Source of the DNA: Flavobacteriaceae bacterium
Lineage (GTDB): Bacteria; Bacteroidota; Bacteroidia; Flavobacteriales; Flavobacteriaceae
NCBI GenBank assembly: GCA_016780245.1
Contig: JADHME010000001.1
Coordinates: forward strand, 12,597 to 76,596
Length of the DNA: 64,000 nucleotides
Reading direction: 5' to 3'
Below, piece after piece: positions 40,103 through 50,281 of the stretch. Each line of letters begins with the position of its first letter. Position 1 is the stretch's first letter. The position numbers were made by a program, and so were the translations under genes. The notes under the pieces were generated by a model that had not been told where the DNA came from, did not search any database, and saw only the letters and a program-made list of their open reading frames with translations.

Positions 40103-41454
40103 TATTGAAAATTAGCTAAAATAATCATATAAATGAAGGAGAATAACATATAAAAATAAATAGTATGAATGTTATACTTAATCAAAGACCTACTGTTATA
40201 GTGCTTAAATAATCCAGCTATTAAGAAATATGAATATATCATTGTTACAGGGATTAACAAATACAAGAACAAAGATCCTTGAGTTTGATTAAGAATATTA
40301 TCTGCTATATAGAAAAGAGAGCCTACAACTATGGCTAAGTTAAAAGCGTAAATCCATCTTGATACTTTTTTACCCAAAAGAACAACTAAATGATTTTTAC
40401 CAACTTTTTTATCTGAAGCATAGTCAGGGTATTGGTTTATAAAAAGAATATTAGTTGTCAATAGACCAATTGGAATTCCCAGTAAAATCAAATTGTAAAA
40501 TTCATTTGAAAATAACTGAATTGTTTCATTAGAAACGGCAAATCCAGTACCTAATGTTAGTAGAGGTCCAAATGAAAGAAAAATTGAAAGTTCTCCTAAA
40601 CCATATCTAGAAGAAAGTCTTATTGGTTTAGCAGTATAAAAGTATCCAACAAGTACTCCAATTAAGGCAATTATTGCAGCATAAAATGCATTAAATGTAG
40701 ATCCAGTATTTACATAACTTGTGTATAAAATTCCAGCAGCAGTAAATAAACCTAAAATAAACATGATATTAGCAAGACTTTTGGTACCCTTCAAAGTTAT
40801 TAGACCAAGCTCTACTGCCCTACTACCTCCAGATAACTGAGCACCCTGAAGAATTGTTGAGTCCATTCCTGCATTAAAGTATTCCGTGTTAGCCTCATCT
40901 GTACCATGTGTAACATCAAAGTAATCATTATACAAGTTTGAAAATAGATGAAAGAATAAAATTCCAAATGTAGTAAGAGTAAGAGATATTGGGCTAAATA
41001 GATTATCTCCAATTCCTGCATAATAACATCCAATGGCAAAAACTGGGAATAAAGATGCAGAAGCAAAACCAACTCTAGTTATTGCTACACCTTTTATGAT
41101 TTTTGTAACAAAACTGATAGGTATATTAACTTCTTCATCAATTACTTCAGTGATTCCACAATATCCTGTTTGTGGATTATTTTTTCCATTACCAAAATTT
41201 GGGGTTATTTTAATTTTTGCAGCAAATTTTGAGCCATCTTTTCTTATAAAATTGGTTTTGGTAATATGTTCACCAGTTTGATTTGCATCCTTTAACCAAC
41301 CTAAAACATTTTGAAGAACTATTTCTCCAGGTGAAAAAATTGAAACTCTTTTAATACCTACTAATTCGTCAGATGGGTAGCCAAACATTTTGACAGCTCT
41401 ATCATTAATGTTTGTAATTAAACCTTCCATATCGCAAATAATAACACTTTTCAT
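40102..41454 (-). CDS. PAS domain fused to a MenA-like UbiA-family prenyltransferase
   Basis: Residues ~1-105 are PAS-like (CDMEGLITNINDRAVKMFGYPSDELVG...FIRKDGSKFAAKIKITP). About 8-9 TM spans follow, with UbiA Asp-rich motifs NLYNDYFDVTHGTD and NQYPDYASDKKVGKNH and a MenA-like YTAKPIRLSSRYGLGE. Confidence 0.8.
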   Translation of the reverse strand: MKSVIICDMEGLITNINDRAVKMFGYPSDELVGIKRVSIFSPGEIVLQNVLGWLKDANQTGEHITKTNFIRKDGSKFAAKIKITPNFGNGKNNPQTGYCGITEVIDEEVNIPISFVTKIIKGVAITRVGFASASLFPVFAIGCYYAGIGDNLFSPISLTLTTFGILFFHLFSNLYNDYFDVTHGTDEANTEYFNAGMDSTILQGAQLSGGSRAVELGLITLKGTKSLANIMFILGLFTAAGILYTSYVNTGSTFNAFYAAIIALIGVLVGYFYTAKPIRLSSRYGLGELSIFLSFGPLLTLGTGFAVSNETIQLFSNEFYNLILLGIPIGLLTTNILFINQYPDYASDKKVGKNHLVVLLGKKVSRWIYAFNLAIVVGSLFYIADNILNQTQGSLFLYLLIPVTMIYSYFLIAGLFKHYNSRSLIKYNIHTIYFYMLFSFIYMIILANFQ

Positions 41455-41473
41455 ATAAATATTTTTAAAGTGC

Positions 41474-41481
41474 CAAATTTA
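41474..41481 (-). promoter_or_regulatory. -7 box TAAATTTG upstream of the PAS-UbiA gene
   Basis: Plus-strand CAAATTTA, 19 nt upstream of ATG 41454, in the 65-nt spacer after the thioesterase gene. Suggests the PAS-UbiA/CPBP pair can be transcribed on its own. Confidence 0.35.
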
Positions 41482-41519
41482 CATTTTGACTAATTAATAT
41501 AAAAGTTTTTTCTTAAGTT

Positions 41520-41945
41520 TTACTTATTAATTGTTAACGTAGTGAGTTTTGCGAACGAAATATCTTTTCCTTCTTTGTTTTTAATTGATATTTTCCAAAG
41601 CTGCATTATCCTTCCCATATGAACTGGTTCAGCTTTGGCAACAACTGTTCCTTCACTTATACCCCTAACATGATTAATTGACAATTCAACGCCTCTTAAC
41701 ATCTGGTTCTCTTTTTTCGAAAAAATTGCAGCAGCTGAACTTCCAACTGTTTCTGCTAGTGCAGCAGTAGCTCCACCATGAAGGACACCAGCAGGTTGAT
41801 GTAGCTTTGGGGTAACTTGCATTTCAGCAACTAAGAAGGTTTCCCCAACATCTGTAAAATTTATATCTAAAGTAGAAACAAGAGTACCCTTACACCTTTC
41901 ATTAGCTTCTTTAAGAATAAACTTTTTTAATTTATTATCAATCAA
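41520..41945 (-). CDS. PaaI/YdiI-type hotdog thioesterase (candidate 1,4-dihydroxy-2-naphthoyl-CoA hydrolase)
   Basis: 141 aa. QPAGVLHGGATAALAETVGS and INHVR...G.V.A.A.P.H.GR..Q.W.I motifs closely follow the YdiI/YbdB pattern as I recall it. Starts 3 nt after the dnaK stop. Confidence 0.72.
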   Translation of the reverse strand: MIDNKLKKFILKEANERCKGTLVSTLDINFTDVGETFLVAEMQVTPKLHQPAGVLHGGATAALAETVGSSAAAIFSKKENQMLRGVELSINHVRGISEGTVVAKAEPVHMGRIMQLWKISIKNKEGKDISFAKLTTLTINK

Positions 41946-41948
41946 AAT

Positions 41949-43868
41949 CTATTCTTCTTTTACTTCTTCAAAATCAACATCCTGTACATCATTACCTTTG
42001 GAATCAGTATTTGTGTTTTGACTATTTGAAGCAGGTCCATCTCCAGTTTGACCAGCGCCACTTTCCGCTTGAGCTTTATACATCTCCTCTGATGCATTTT
42101 TCCAAGCTTCGTTTATCGCATTCAATGTCTCATCAATTTTTTCTAAATCTTTTGACTCATATGCTTTTTTCAAATCCTCTAGAGCAGACTCAATTGGCTT
42201 CTTTTTATCATCAGATAATTTATCACCAAAGTCTTTAAGCTGTTTTTCAGTCTGGAATATCATTTGATCAGCACTGTTAAGTTTATCAACTTCCTCTTTG
42301 GTCTTTGAATCAGCTTCAGCATTAGCTTCAGCATCTTTTTTCATTTTTTCAATCTCCTCTTCTGTTAAACCAGAGGAAGCCTCAATTCTAATATCCTGAG
42401 ATTTATTAGTAGCTTTATCCAGTGCGCTTACATTAATTATTCCATTAGCATCGATATCAAATGTAACCTCTATTTGAGGAACACCTCTTGGTGCAGGTGG
42501 AATTCCATCAAGATGGAATCTTCCAATAGTTTTATTGTCTTTAGCCATAGGTCGCTCACCCTGAAGAACATGAATCTCTACAGATGGCTGATTATCAGCA
42601 GCGGTAGAGAAAACTTGTGATTTTTTTGTTGGAATCGTTGTATTTGACTCAATAAGCTTGGTCATTACATTACCCATTGTTTCTATTCCAAGTGATAGAG
42701 GAGTAACATCTAATAATAATACATCTTCAACATCACCAGAGAGAACACCACCTTGAATTGCAGCTCCTACTGCAACAACTTCATCTGGATTAACTCCTTT
42801 TGAAGGTTTTTTACCAAATAATGACTCAACCTCCTTTTGAATAATTGGAATTCTTGTTGAACCTCCAACTAATATCACTTCATCAATATCTTTTTTAGTT
42901 AGATTAGCATCTTTTAATGCTTTTTTAACTGGTTCCATAGATCTTTTCACTAATTCATCACATAATTGCTCAAACTTAGCTCTTGTTAGTGTAGTTACTA
43001 GATGCTTTGGGCCAGATGAAGTAGCTGTTACATATGGTAAGTTAATTTCTGTTTGTGTGGATGAAGAAAGCTCTATTTTAGCTTTTTCTGCAGCTTCTTT
43101 TAGCCTTTGAAGGGCCATAGAATCATCCCTCAAGTCAATCTGCTCGTTTTTCTTAAATTCTTCAGCAAGAAAGTCTATAATAACTTGATCAAAATCGTCT
43201 CCTCCAAGATGAGTATCTCCATTAGTAGAAAGCACTTCAAATACTCCGTCACCAAGCTCTAATATTGAAATATCAAATGTTCCTCCTCCTAAATCATAAA
43301 CTGCAATTTTTTTGTCCTTACCTCCTTTATCCATTCCATAAGCTAGAGCAGCAGCAGTTGGTTCGTTTATAATTCTTTGAACTTTAAGACCTGCAATCTC
43401 ACCTGCTTCTTTTGTTGCTTGTCTTTGTGAATCATTAAAATATGCAGGTACAGTTACTACAGCTTCTGTAACACTTGATCCTAAATAATCTTCAGCAGTC
43501 TTCTTCATTTTCTGAAGAACCATAGCAGACAATTCTTGTGGTGTATACAACCTACCGTCAATATCAACTCTAGGAGTATCGTTATCCCCCTTAACTACTT
43601 TATATGCAACAGTTTTAACATCATTAGATGATTCACTGAATTTATTACCCATGAACCTCTTAACTGAAGCAATTGTTTTTTCAGGATTAGTCACTGCTTG
43701 TCTTTTTGCAGGATCTCCTACTTTGATTTCACCATCCTCAACGAACGCAATTACAGATGGTGTTGTTCTTTTTCCTTCAGCATTAGGTATAACAACCGGT
43801 TCACTTCCTTCCATAACAGAAACACACGAGTTTGTGGTTCCTAAATCTATTCCAATAATTTTACTCAT
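41949..43868 (-). CDS. dnaK: molecular chaperone DnaK (Hsp70)
   Basis: [18 protein letters not shown] and [11 protein letters not shown] motifs with an acidic C-terminus. The track start at 43925 adds 19 non-homologous residues, so ATG 43868 ([10 protein letters not shown]) is preferred. Confidence 0.97.
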   Translation of the reverse strand: MSKIIGIDLGTTNSCVSVMEGSEPVVIPNAEGKRTTPSVIAFVEDGEIKVGDPAKRQAVTNPEKTIASVKRFMGNKFSESSNDVKTVAYKVVKGDNDTPRVDIDGRLYTPQELSAMVLQKMKKTAEDYLGSSVTEAVVTVPAYFNDSQRQATKEAGEIAGLKVQRIINEPTAAALAYGMDKGGKDKKIAVYDLGGGTFDISILELGDGVFEVLSTNGDTHLGGDDFDQVIIDFLAEEFKKNEQIDLRDDSMALQRLKEAAEKAKIELSSSTQTEINLPYVTATSSGPKHLVTTLTRAKFEQLCDELVKRSMEPVKKALKDANLTKKDIDEVILVGGSTRIPIIQKEVESLFGKKPSKGVNPDEVVAVGAAIQGGVLSGDVEDVLLLDVTPLSLGIETMGNVMTKLIESNTTIPTKKSQVFSTAADNQPSVEIHVLQGERPMAKDNKTIGRFHLDGIPPAPRGVPQIEVTFDIDANGIINVSALDKATNKSQDIRIEASSGLTEEEIEKMKKDAEANAEADSKTKEEVDKLNSADQMIFQTEKQLKDFGDKLSDDKKKPIESALEDLKKAYESKDLEKIDETLNAINEAWKNASEEMYKAQAESGAGQTGDGPASNSQNTNTDSKGNDVQDVDFEEVKEE

Positions 43869-43914
43869 AATCTTTAATTTAACTAACTGATGACAACCAT
43901 TATGCCAATTCAAA

Positions 43915-43937
43915 TAATATGACATTATGTCATATTA
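43915..43937. promoter_or_regulatory. perfect 23-bp palindrome (operator candidate) in the dnaK/panB divergent spacer
   Basis: TAATATGACAT-T-ATGTCATATTA (11-1-11, no mismatch), roughly centred in the 110-bp spacer. It lies 47 nt from the dnaK ATG and 42 nt from the panB ATG. Confidence 0.45.
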
Positions 43938-43956
43938 ATAGTAAATATATTTATGC

Positions 43957-43964
43957 TATTTTTG
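43957..43964 (+). promoter_or_regulatory. -7 box TATTTTTG upstream of panB
   Basis: Exact TAnnTTTG match 14 nt upstream of ATG 43979. Confidence 0.3.
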
Positions 43965-43978
43965 TGAAAAATCATATA

Positions 43979-44794
43979 ATGACCAATAACTCAAATCAAT
44001 CAAGAGTAACAATTAAGATTCTTAATCAGATGAAAAACAAATCTGAGAAAATTTCAATGCTTACTGCTTATGATTTCAGTTTTGCAAAAATAATTGACGA
44101 AGCAGGCATTGATATTATTTTAGTTGGTGATTCTGCATCAAATGTCATGGCTGGTCACGAGACTACACTTCCAATTACTCTTGATCAAATGATATATCAT
44201 GCAAGTTCAGTAGTAAGGGCAGTCAATAGAGCCTTAGTTATTGTCGACCTACCTTTTGGAACCTATCAAGCTGATTCTAAAGAGGCATTAAAATCTGCTA
44301 TCAGAATAATGAAGGAATCAGGAGCTCATGCTGTTAAATTAGAAGGAGGGTATCAAGCTAAAGAGTCAATAGAAAGAATTATCCAAGCAGGAATTCCAGT
44401 AATGGGTCATTTAGGTTTAACCCCTCAATCCATATATAAATTTGGGACATATGAAGTTAGAGCAAAAGATAAGCAAGAGGCTGATACATTATTAAATGAT
44501 GCATTAATGCTTGAAGAGATTGGCTGTTTCTCTGTTCTGTTAGAAAAAATACCAAATACACTTTCAAAAGAAGTTTCCTCAAAATTAACAGTTCCAATCA
44601 TCGGAATTGGAGCAGGAAGTCATGTGGATGGACAGGTTCTTGTACTACAAGATATGCTTGGAATGAATAAAGACTTCAGTCCAAGATTCTTAAGAAGATA
44701 TCTTGATCTAAACTCATTAGTTGGCAATGCTGTAAAAAAATACTCTACTGATATTAAATGCGGAGATTTTCCTAATGAAGAAGAGCAGTACTGA
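43979..44794 (+). CDS. panB: 3-methyl-2-oxobutanoate hydroxymethyltransferase
   Basis: MLTAYD, LVGDS and AVKLEGG motifs. The internal ATG (MTNNSNQ) is preferred over the track start at 43919, which lies in the palindrome. Confidence 0.92.
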   Translation: MTNNSNQSRVTIKILNQMKNKSEKISMLTAYDFSFAKIIDEAGIDIILVGDSASNVMAGHETTLPITLDQMIYHASSVVRAVNRALVIVDLPFGTYQADSKEALKSAIRIMKESGAHAVKLEGGYQAKESIERIIQAGIPVMGHLGLTPQSIYKFGTYEVRAKDKQEADTLLNDALMLEEIGCFSVLLEKIPNTLSKEVSSKLTVPIIGIGAGSHVDGQVLVLQDMLGMNKDFSPRFLRRYLDLNSLVGNAVKKYSTDIKCGDFPNEEEQY

Positions 44795-45482
44795 TTTGAA
44801 ACTTAAAAAATCTGAAATACTCTTTGAAGATAATCATTTGATAATCATCAATAAAAAACCTGGAATACTTGTTCAAGGTGATATTACTGGAGATATTTCA
44901 TTAATTGAAATTACTAAAGAATACTTAAAAAATAAGTATAATAAAAAAGGAAATGTTTTTTTAGGTTTAGTAAATAGAATTGATAGACCTACCTCAGGAA
45001 TAGTAATTTTCGCAAAGACCAGTAAAGCATTATCTAGAATGAATGAAATACTTAGAAATCGAGAAATACAAAAAATCTATTGGCTAATTATTTCAAATAA
45101 ATTTGCTTCAAATAATGGTAAAATAGAAGGCTGGTTTAGAAAGAATTCAAAACAGAATAAATCTTATTTTTTTGAATCTCAGGTAACTAACTCAAAATTT
45201 GGAAGCTTATCCTATAAGAAACTTAAGACACTAGATAATTATTGTTTAGTAGAAGTTGAACTTATAACTGGAAGACATCATCAAATTAGATGCAGTTTTT
45301 CAGAATTAGGATACCCAATTCAAGGAGATTTAAAGTATGGTTCAAGAAGATCAAACAAAGACGGTGGTATTTATCTTCACTCAAAGAGGGTAGAGTTTGT
45401 TCATCCTGTTTCCAAAAATAAAATATTTTTAAAAGCAGATACTCCTAGGACAGGACTGTGGTCTGCTTCTCCTTCCTATTAA
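44775..45482 (+). CDS. RluA-family pseudouridine synthase (no S4 domain)
   Basis: Catalytic [10 protein letters not shown] and GRHHQIR motifs, 235 aa. Confidence 0.85.
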   Translation: MKKSSTDLKLKKSEILFEDNHLIIINKKPGILVQGDITGDISLIEITKEYLKNKYNKKGNVFLGLVNRIDRPTSGIVIFAKTSKALSRMNEILRNREIQKIYWLIISNKFASNNGKIEGWFRKNSKQNKSYFFESQVTNSKFGSLSYKKLKTLDNYCLVEVELITGRHHQIRCSFSELGYPIQGDLKYGSRRSNKDGGIYLHSKRVEFVHPVSKNKIFLKADTPRTGLWSASPSY

Positions 45483-47016
45483 TCAAAATAGCTTTTTCTT
45501 TTATAATGTTTTGTAAAGGTTTTCTGTCTATTTTACTTTCTAACCATGAAATAATATCTAGGTAAAGAAAAGCTCTTTTTTCATATGGATCATCTTCATA
45601 TTTTTTTAGTTCATTATAAAGATTTCTTAGGAAACCTTTTATTTCTCCTGGGTAAATATTCTCCAATCCATTCAGATACTTTAAAATTGTTTTTTGAACT
45701 TCATGTAAATCATTAAGCTTATCCAAATAACTATATGTTTCCTTTATAATTTTATCCAAATTAAAATCGAGTCCTGCCTCCCAATGAGCTATAAGATTTA
45801 GAATTCTAGTAAAACATTGAAGGTCTTCCCTCAATTTTATATTTTTATTTCTGATTATTAAACTGGTATATTTAATACATTTATCAAACTCATCAACTGT
45901 AAAATACATACAAGCAATTTTATAATATAGAAGCATAATGTGATGGTGATCAATGAAATTTTTATTTTTTTCAATACCATCTAGGACCTCAGGAATAATT
46001 TTTATTGACTCTTTAAATGTTCCCTCTAGAACATGAAGGTTGAAGAGATTGTTATATTTATATAAAAAAATTAATGCATTTAAATTCTGATTAACAGGAA
46101 ATGATTCATCCTCAACAACTTCTATCATATCATCCAAACGGTTTTTAAATTTAGATGGGTATTTTATTAGAGATAATGCCTCAAGTAAAAAATTATAACC
46201 TTTCAAATAGTAAACTGGATGAATTTTTATCATCTCAGGCTTGTTGTTAAATGTATCGATCCATTTTGATGCATATTTATAACTTGAAAGGAAATCTTGA
46301 GCCAAGAGACTATACCATACCCATGATTGATAATAAATTATTTTTTCTCTAAATCCTAAGTTTTCAGGGTTATAGTACTTAATTTTTTCATCAAATATTG
46401 TTTTAATCTCTTTTGATTCATAGTCACTTTTTGCATATCCTGCTTTAATAAGCTTTTCATATAGTTGAAGAGAGATATTTGATAATGAACTTGAAACATC
46501 ATTAAGCTGTTTTAGATGGTTTGTCTGATTAATTAATTCATCTGTTCTGTTAGTAAGACTTCTTGTTACATATAAAGATTCAATTAATTTTTCAAACTCT
46601 ACAATTTCATATGCAGAAGTATTTTCATCATATTTTAATGCATATGACTTCACTTTATCAAGAATCTTTAAACTTTGCTTATAAAGTCCCTTTTGATATA
46701 AAATAGTTGCAAAATCAATCTGACCTCTAATATGAAGCTTAACATTTTTATGCTGTGGATTTAACCTAAGACTAATTAATATTTGTTTATACAGATGTGC
46801 TTTAAGATTTGAAAGCTGTTGCTTTGTAACTATATTACTGTCAACGATCTTCTTTTCATCATATTTTCTCATCTTATCCAGAAGGTTGAATAAGTTTAAA
46901 AACTTTGAATCTACATTAGAACCCATTCTTCCAACATAAAGTTTAAATTGTCTTTTCTCAGACTTTGTTAAGGATTTTATAAGCACAAAAAGATTATCTT
47001 TGATATCAGTAGTCAT
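45445..47016 (-). CDS. large all-helical protein of unknown function
   Basis: 523-aa uninterrupted ORF with coding-like composition. N-terminal LIKSLTKSEKRQFKLY segment, then repeated amphipathic helices (TPR-like appearance). No catalytic motif recognised. Confidence 0.6.
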   Translation of the reverse strand: MTTDIKDNLFVLIKSLTKSEKRQFKLYVGRMGSNVDSKFLNLFNLLDKMRKYDEKKIVDSNIVTKQQLSNLKAHLYKQILISLRLNPQHKNVKLHIRGQIDFATILYQKGLYKQSLKILDKVKSYALKYDENTSAYEIVEFEKLIESLYVTRSLTNRTDELINQTNHLKQLNDVSSSLSNISLQLYEKLIKAGYAKSDYESKEIKTIFDEKIKYYNPENLGFREKIIYYQSWVWYSLLAQDFLSSYKYASKWIDTFNNKPEMIKIHPVYYLKGYNFLLEALSLIKYPSKFKNRLDDMIEVVEDESFPVNQNLNALIFLYKYNNLFNLHVLEGTFKESIKIIPEVLDGIEKNKNFIDHHHIMLLYYKIACMYFTVDEFDKCIKYTSLIIRNKNIKLREDLQCFTRILNLIAHWEAGLDFNLDKIIKETYSYLDKLNDLHEVQKTILKYLNGLENIYPGEIKGFLRNLYNELKKYEDDPYEKRAFLYLDIISWLESKIDRKPLQNIIKEKAILINRKEKQTTVLS

Positions 47017-47141
47017 TGTATATATATATTATTTATATTATTGATTATCAATATTTTAAATATTAATTAATGTTTTCGGATATTGTAAAATTAATATACT
47101 TTTTTTTAACTATCACCATTTAAGTAATAATTTAGTAAGTA

Positions 47142-48302
47142 ATGAAAAATCAGGTTCAAATTTTTGATACAACTTTAAGAGATGGAGAACAGGTTCCGGG
47201 TTGTAAACTTGATACCAAAAGTAAATTAATTTTAGCAGAGAAAATTGATCATCTTGGGGTTGATATAATTGAAGCAGGCTTTCCAATTTCAAGTCCTGGA
47301 GACTTTAAATCAGTTGTTGAAATCTCCAAGATTATAAAAAACGCATCAGTATGTGCTTTAAGTAGAGCTAACGAAAAAGATATTGATGTTGCAGCTGAGT
47401 CATTAAAAAATGCAAAAAAACCAAGAATTCATACCGGTATAGGTACATCTGAAGTTCATATTAAATATAAATTCAACTCAAATAAAGACTCAATAATTGA
47501 AATAGCAAAAAAATCAGTTGCTCATGCAAGAAAGTATGTGGACGATGTTGAATTTTATGCCGAAGATGCTGGTAGAACAGATAACGAATTTCTTGCAAAA
47601 GTATGTGAAGAAGTTATTAAGTCTGGAGCTACTGTTTTAAACATACCAGATACAACTGGCTATTGCTTACCTATTGAATATGGAGATAAAATTAAGTTTT
47701 TAATGAATAATGTTAAAGGTATTGAAAATGTTACAGTTTCATGTCACTGTCACAACGACCTTGGGCTAGCAACCGCTAACTCTATATATGGAGTTATTAA
47801 TGGTGCAAGACAAATTGAGTGTACAGTTAATGGTATTGGAGAGAGAGCAGGAAACACATCTTTGGAAGAAGTTGTTATGATTTTAAGACAGCATACTGAT
47901 TTAAACCTAGATACTAATATTAATTCTAAACTTCTTAATGAAACTAGCCAAAAAGTATCTGAACTTATGGGAATGCCTGTTCAACCAAATAAGGCTATAG
48001 TTGGATCCAATGCATTTGCTCATAGCTCTGGTATTCATCAAGATGGTGTTATTAAGAAAAGAGAAACTTATGAAATTATTGATCCACTTGATGTTGGTGT
48101 TGATAAATCATCAATTGTACTGACGGCTAGGAGCGGTAGAGCTGCACTGGCATTTAGAATGAAGCAATATGGAGTTAATCTTACAAAAAAAGAACTTGAT
48201 GATGTTTATAATGAGTTCTTAATAGTAGCTGACAGAAAGAAAGAAGTAACAGACATAGATTTTCCTGAAATTCTTCAGAATAAAAATATTAGTTATGGCT
48301 AA
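47142..48302 (+). CDS. leuA: 2-isopropylmalate synthase, short form lacking the C-terminal regulatory domain
   Basis: DRE-TIM motifs [10 protein letters not shown] and HCHNDLGLA. 386 aa, ending after the post-barrel subdomains. First gene of the leu operon. Confidence 0.82.
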   Translation: MKNQVQIFDTTLRDGEQVPGCKLDTKSKLILAEKIDHLGVDIIEAGFPISSPGDFKSVVEISKIIKNASVCALSRANEKDIDVAAESLKNAKKPRIHTGIGTSEVHIKYKFNSNKDSIIEIAKKSVAHARKYVDDVEFYAEDAGRTDNEFLAKVCEEVIKSGATVLNIPDTTGYCLPIEYGDKIKFLMNNVKGIENVTVSCHCHNDLGLATANSIYGVINGARQIECTVNGIGERAGNTSLEEVVMILRQHTDLNLDTNINSKLLNETSQKVSELMGMPVQPNKAIVGSNAFAHSSGIHQDGVIKKRETYEIIDPLDVGVDKSSIVLTARSGRAALAFRMKQYGVNLTKKELDDVYNEFLIVADRKKEVTDIDFPEILQNKNISYG

Positions 48303-49683
48303 AACACTATTTGACAAAGTTTGGGATTCGCATGTAATTGAAAAAATAAAAGATGGCCCAGATGTTCTTTTTATTGATAGACACTTCATTCATGAAGTTA
48401 CAAGTCCAGTAGCATTTGTTGGGCTTAATAACAGGGGTCTTAAAGTAATGTTTCCTGATAAAACTTTTGCCACTGCTGACCATAATACACCAACTATAAA
48501 TCAACATCTACCAATTAAGGATAAACTATCAGCAATACAGGTGAAAACCCTAGAAAAAAACTGTATTGAGCATGGTATTGATTTTTGGGGACTTGGTCAT
48601 AATAAGAATGGTATTGTTCATGTTATTGGTCCAGAAAATGGTATCACTCAGCCAGGACTTACAATTGTATGTGGAGATTCTCATACATCTACTCATGGTG
48701 CATTCGGAGCTATTGCATTTGGTATAGGAACATCTGAAGTAGAAATGGTTCTTGCATGTCAGTCTATAATGCAACAAAAGCCTCTAAAGATGAGGATAAA
48801 CATTGATGGATCTCTTAATTCTCATGTTACACCAAAGGATGTTGCTATATATATTATCTCAAGACTTTCTTCCTCTGGCGCAACTGGATATTTTGTCGAA
48901 TATTCAGGAGAAGTTTTTAAGAATATGAGTATGGAAGGTAGAATGACTGTCTGTAATCTTAGTATTGAAATGGGTGCAAGAGGTGGAATGATTGCCCCAG
49001 ATGAGATAACATTTGAATACATAAAAGGTAGAGAATATGCCCCTAAAGGAGAAGTATGGGAGAATGCTCTATCCTATTGGAAATCACTAAAGACTGATAA
49101 TGATGCAATTTTTGATAAAGAATTTAACTTTAATGCAAGTGATATTGAACCTATGATTACTTATGGCACTAACCCAGGTATGGCTATTCCCATTTCCAAA
49201 TCAATTCCAGGTTCCGGTTCAGACTCGGAATCATCATATCAAAAGGCACTCGACTATATGGAGTTTAAGGAAGGTGAAATGATGATTGGAAAAAAAATTG
49301 ACTATGTCTTCCTTGGAAGCTGCACAAATGGGAGAATTGAAGACTTTAGAACATTTGCTAGCTTAATAAAAGGCAGGAGAAAATCTGATGATGTTGATGC
49401 TTGGCTTGTACCTGGATCACATAAAGTATTAAAAAGTATAAAAGATGAAGGAATACTAGATATCCTAACAGATTCTGGTTTTAAATTGAGAGAACCTGGT
49501 TGCTCTGCATGTCTGGCAATGAATGATGACAAAATACCCAAAGGAAAATATGCAGTAAGTACCACAAATAGAAATTTTGAAGGAAGACAAGGACCTGGTG
49601 CTAGAACTTTACTTGCAAGTCCTTTGGTCGCTGCTGCTACTGCTATTACTGGAAAGATAACTGATCCAAGAGAAATTATTTAA
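48295..49683 (+). CDS. leuC: 3-isopropylmalate dehydratase large subunit
   Basis: Aconitase family. [18 protein letters not shown] and CSACLAMN Fe-S ligand contexts. Confidence 0.95.
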   Translation: MAKTLFDKVWDSHVIEKIKDGPDVLFIDRHFIHEVTSPVAFVGLNNRGLKVMFPDKTFATADHNTPTINQHLPIKDKLSAIQVKTLEKNCIEHGIDFWGLGHNKNGIVHVIGPENGITQPGLTIVCGDSHTSTHGAFGAIAFGIGTSEVEMVLACQSIMQQKPLKMRINIDGSLNSHVTPKDVAIYIISRLSSSGATGYFVEYSGEVFKNMSMEGRMTVCNLSIEMGARGGMIAPDEITFEYIKGREYAPKGEVWENALSYWKSLKTDNDAIFDKEFNFNASDIEPMITYGTNPGMAIPISKSIPGSGSDSESSYQKALDYMEFKEGEMMIGKKIDYVFLGSCTNGRIEDFRTFASLIKGRRKSDDVDAWLVPGSHKVLKSIKDEGILDILTDSGFKLREPGCSACLAMNDDKIPKGKYAVSTTNRNFEGRQGPGARTLLASPLVAAATAITGKITDPREII

Positions 49684-49684
49684 A

Positions 49685-50281
49685 ATGGCTTACGATAAAT
49701 TTAACATTCTAAACAGCTCAGCTGTTCCACTTAATATTGATAATGTAGATACAGATCAAATTATCCCAGCAAGATTTTTGAAAGCAACTGAAAGAAAAGG
49801 ATTTGGTGAGAATCTTTTTAAAGATTGGAGATATAACTCAGATGGCACTGCTATTGATTCATTTCCTTTAAACAATAAAATCTACAATGGAAAGATACTT
49901 GTTGCTGGTAAAAATTTTGGATGCGGATCTTCAAGAGAGCATGCTGTTTGGGCAATATATGATTACGGCTTCAGAGCTGTTGTATCAAGTTTTTTTGCTG
50001 ATATATTTAAAAATAACTGTTTAAATATTGGTGTTCTACCTATTCAAGTTTCTGAGGAATTTTTAATAGATATTTTTTCTCAAGTTAATACAAATCCAAA
50101 AAGTAATTTTGAGGTAAACCTAGAAATTCAAGAATTTAAGATTATTGAAACTGGAAAGTCTGAAAAATTTAATATTAGCTCTTACAAAAAAAGTAACATG
50201 TCAAATGGTTTTGATGATATAGATTACCTTATAAATAAAAAGCAAGAAATATCTAAATTTGCCAATAATTCTCCATACTAA
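49685..50281 (+). CDS. leuD: 3-isopropylmalate dehydratase small subunit
   Basis: GKNFGCGSSREHA motif, 198 aa. Confidence 0.93.
   Translation: MAYDKFNILNSSAVPLNIDNVDTDQIIPARFLKATERKGFGENLFKDWRYNSDGTAIDSFPLNNKIYNGKILVAGKNFGCGSSREHAVWAIYDYGFRAVVSSFFADIFKNNCLNIGVLPIQVSEEFLIDIFSQVNTNPKSNFEVNLEIQEFKIIETGKSEKFNISSYKKSNMSNGFDDIDYLINKKQEISKFANNSPY

Noticed and set aside
43869-43925. N-terminal extensions proposed by the ORF track: dnaK to 43925, panB from 43919, rpoZ to 16844, OMP from 34622, LTXXQ protein from 34102, rpsA to 1799, nitroreductase from 62638.
   Set aside because: The extensions add residues with no similarity to the conserved N-termini (for example [10 protein letters not shown] of DnaK). 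They overlap neighbouring genes or promoter-like boxes, or use TTG where an ATG gives the canonical N-terminus. Shorter starts were adopted.
47041-47051. Short palindromes in the leuA / 523-aa divergent spacer (TTGATTATCAA, ATTAATTAAT).
   Set aside because: The arms are 5 bp or shorter and consist almost entirely of A/T in a spacer that is nearly pure A/T. Such palindromes are expected by chance, unlike the 11-1-11 palindrome at dnaK/panB.
47070-47123. 17-aa uORF MFSDIVKLIYFFLTITI* ending 18 nt before leuA, as a leucine leader peptide.
   Set aside because: It contains only two Leu codons and no Leu run. No alternative hairpins or U-tract terminator follow it, and no -7 box lies upstream. It is most simply a chance ORF, and would be worth revisiting only if conserved in relatives.
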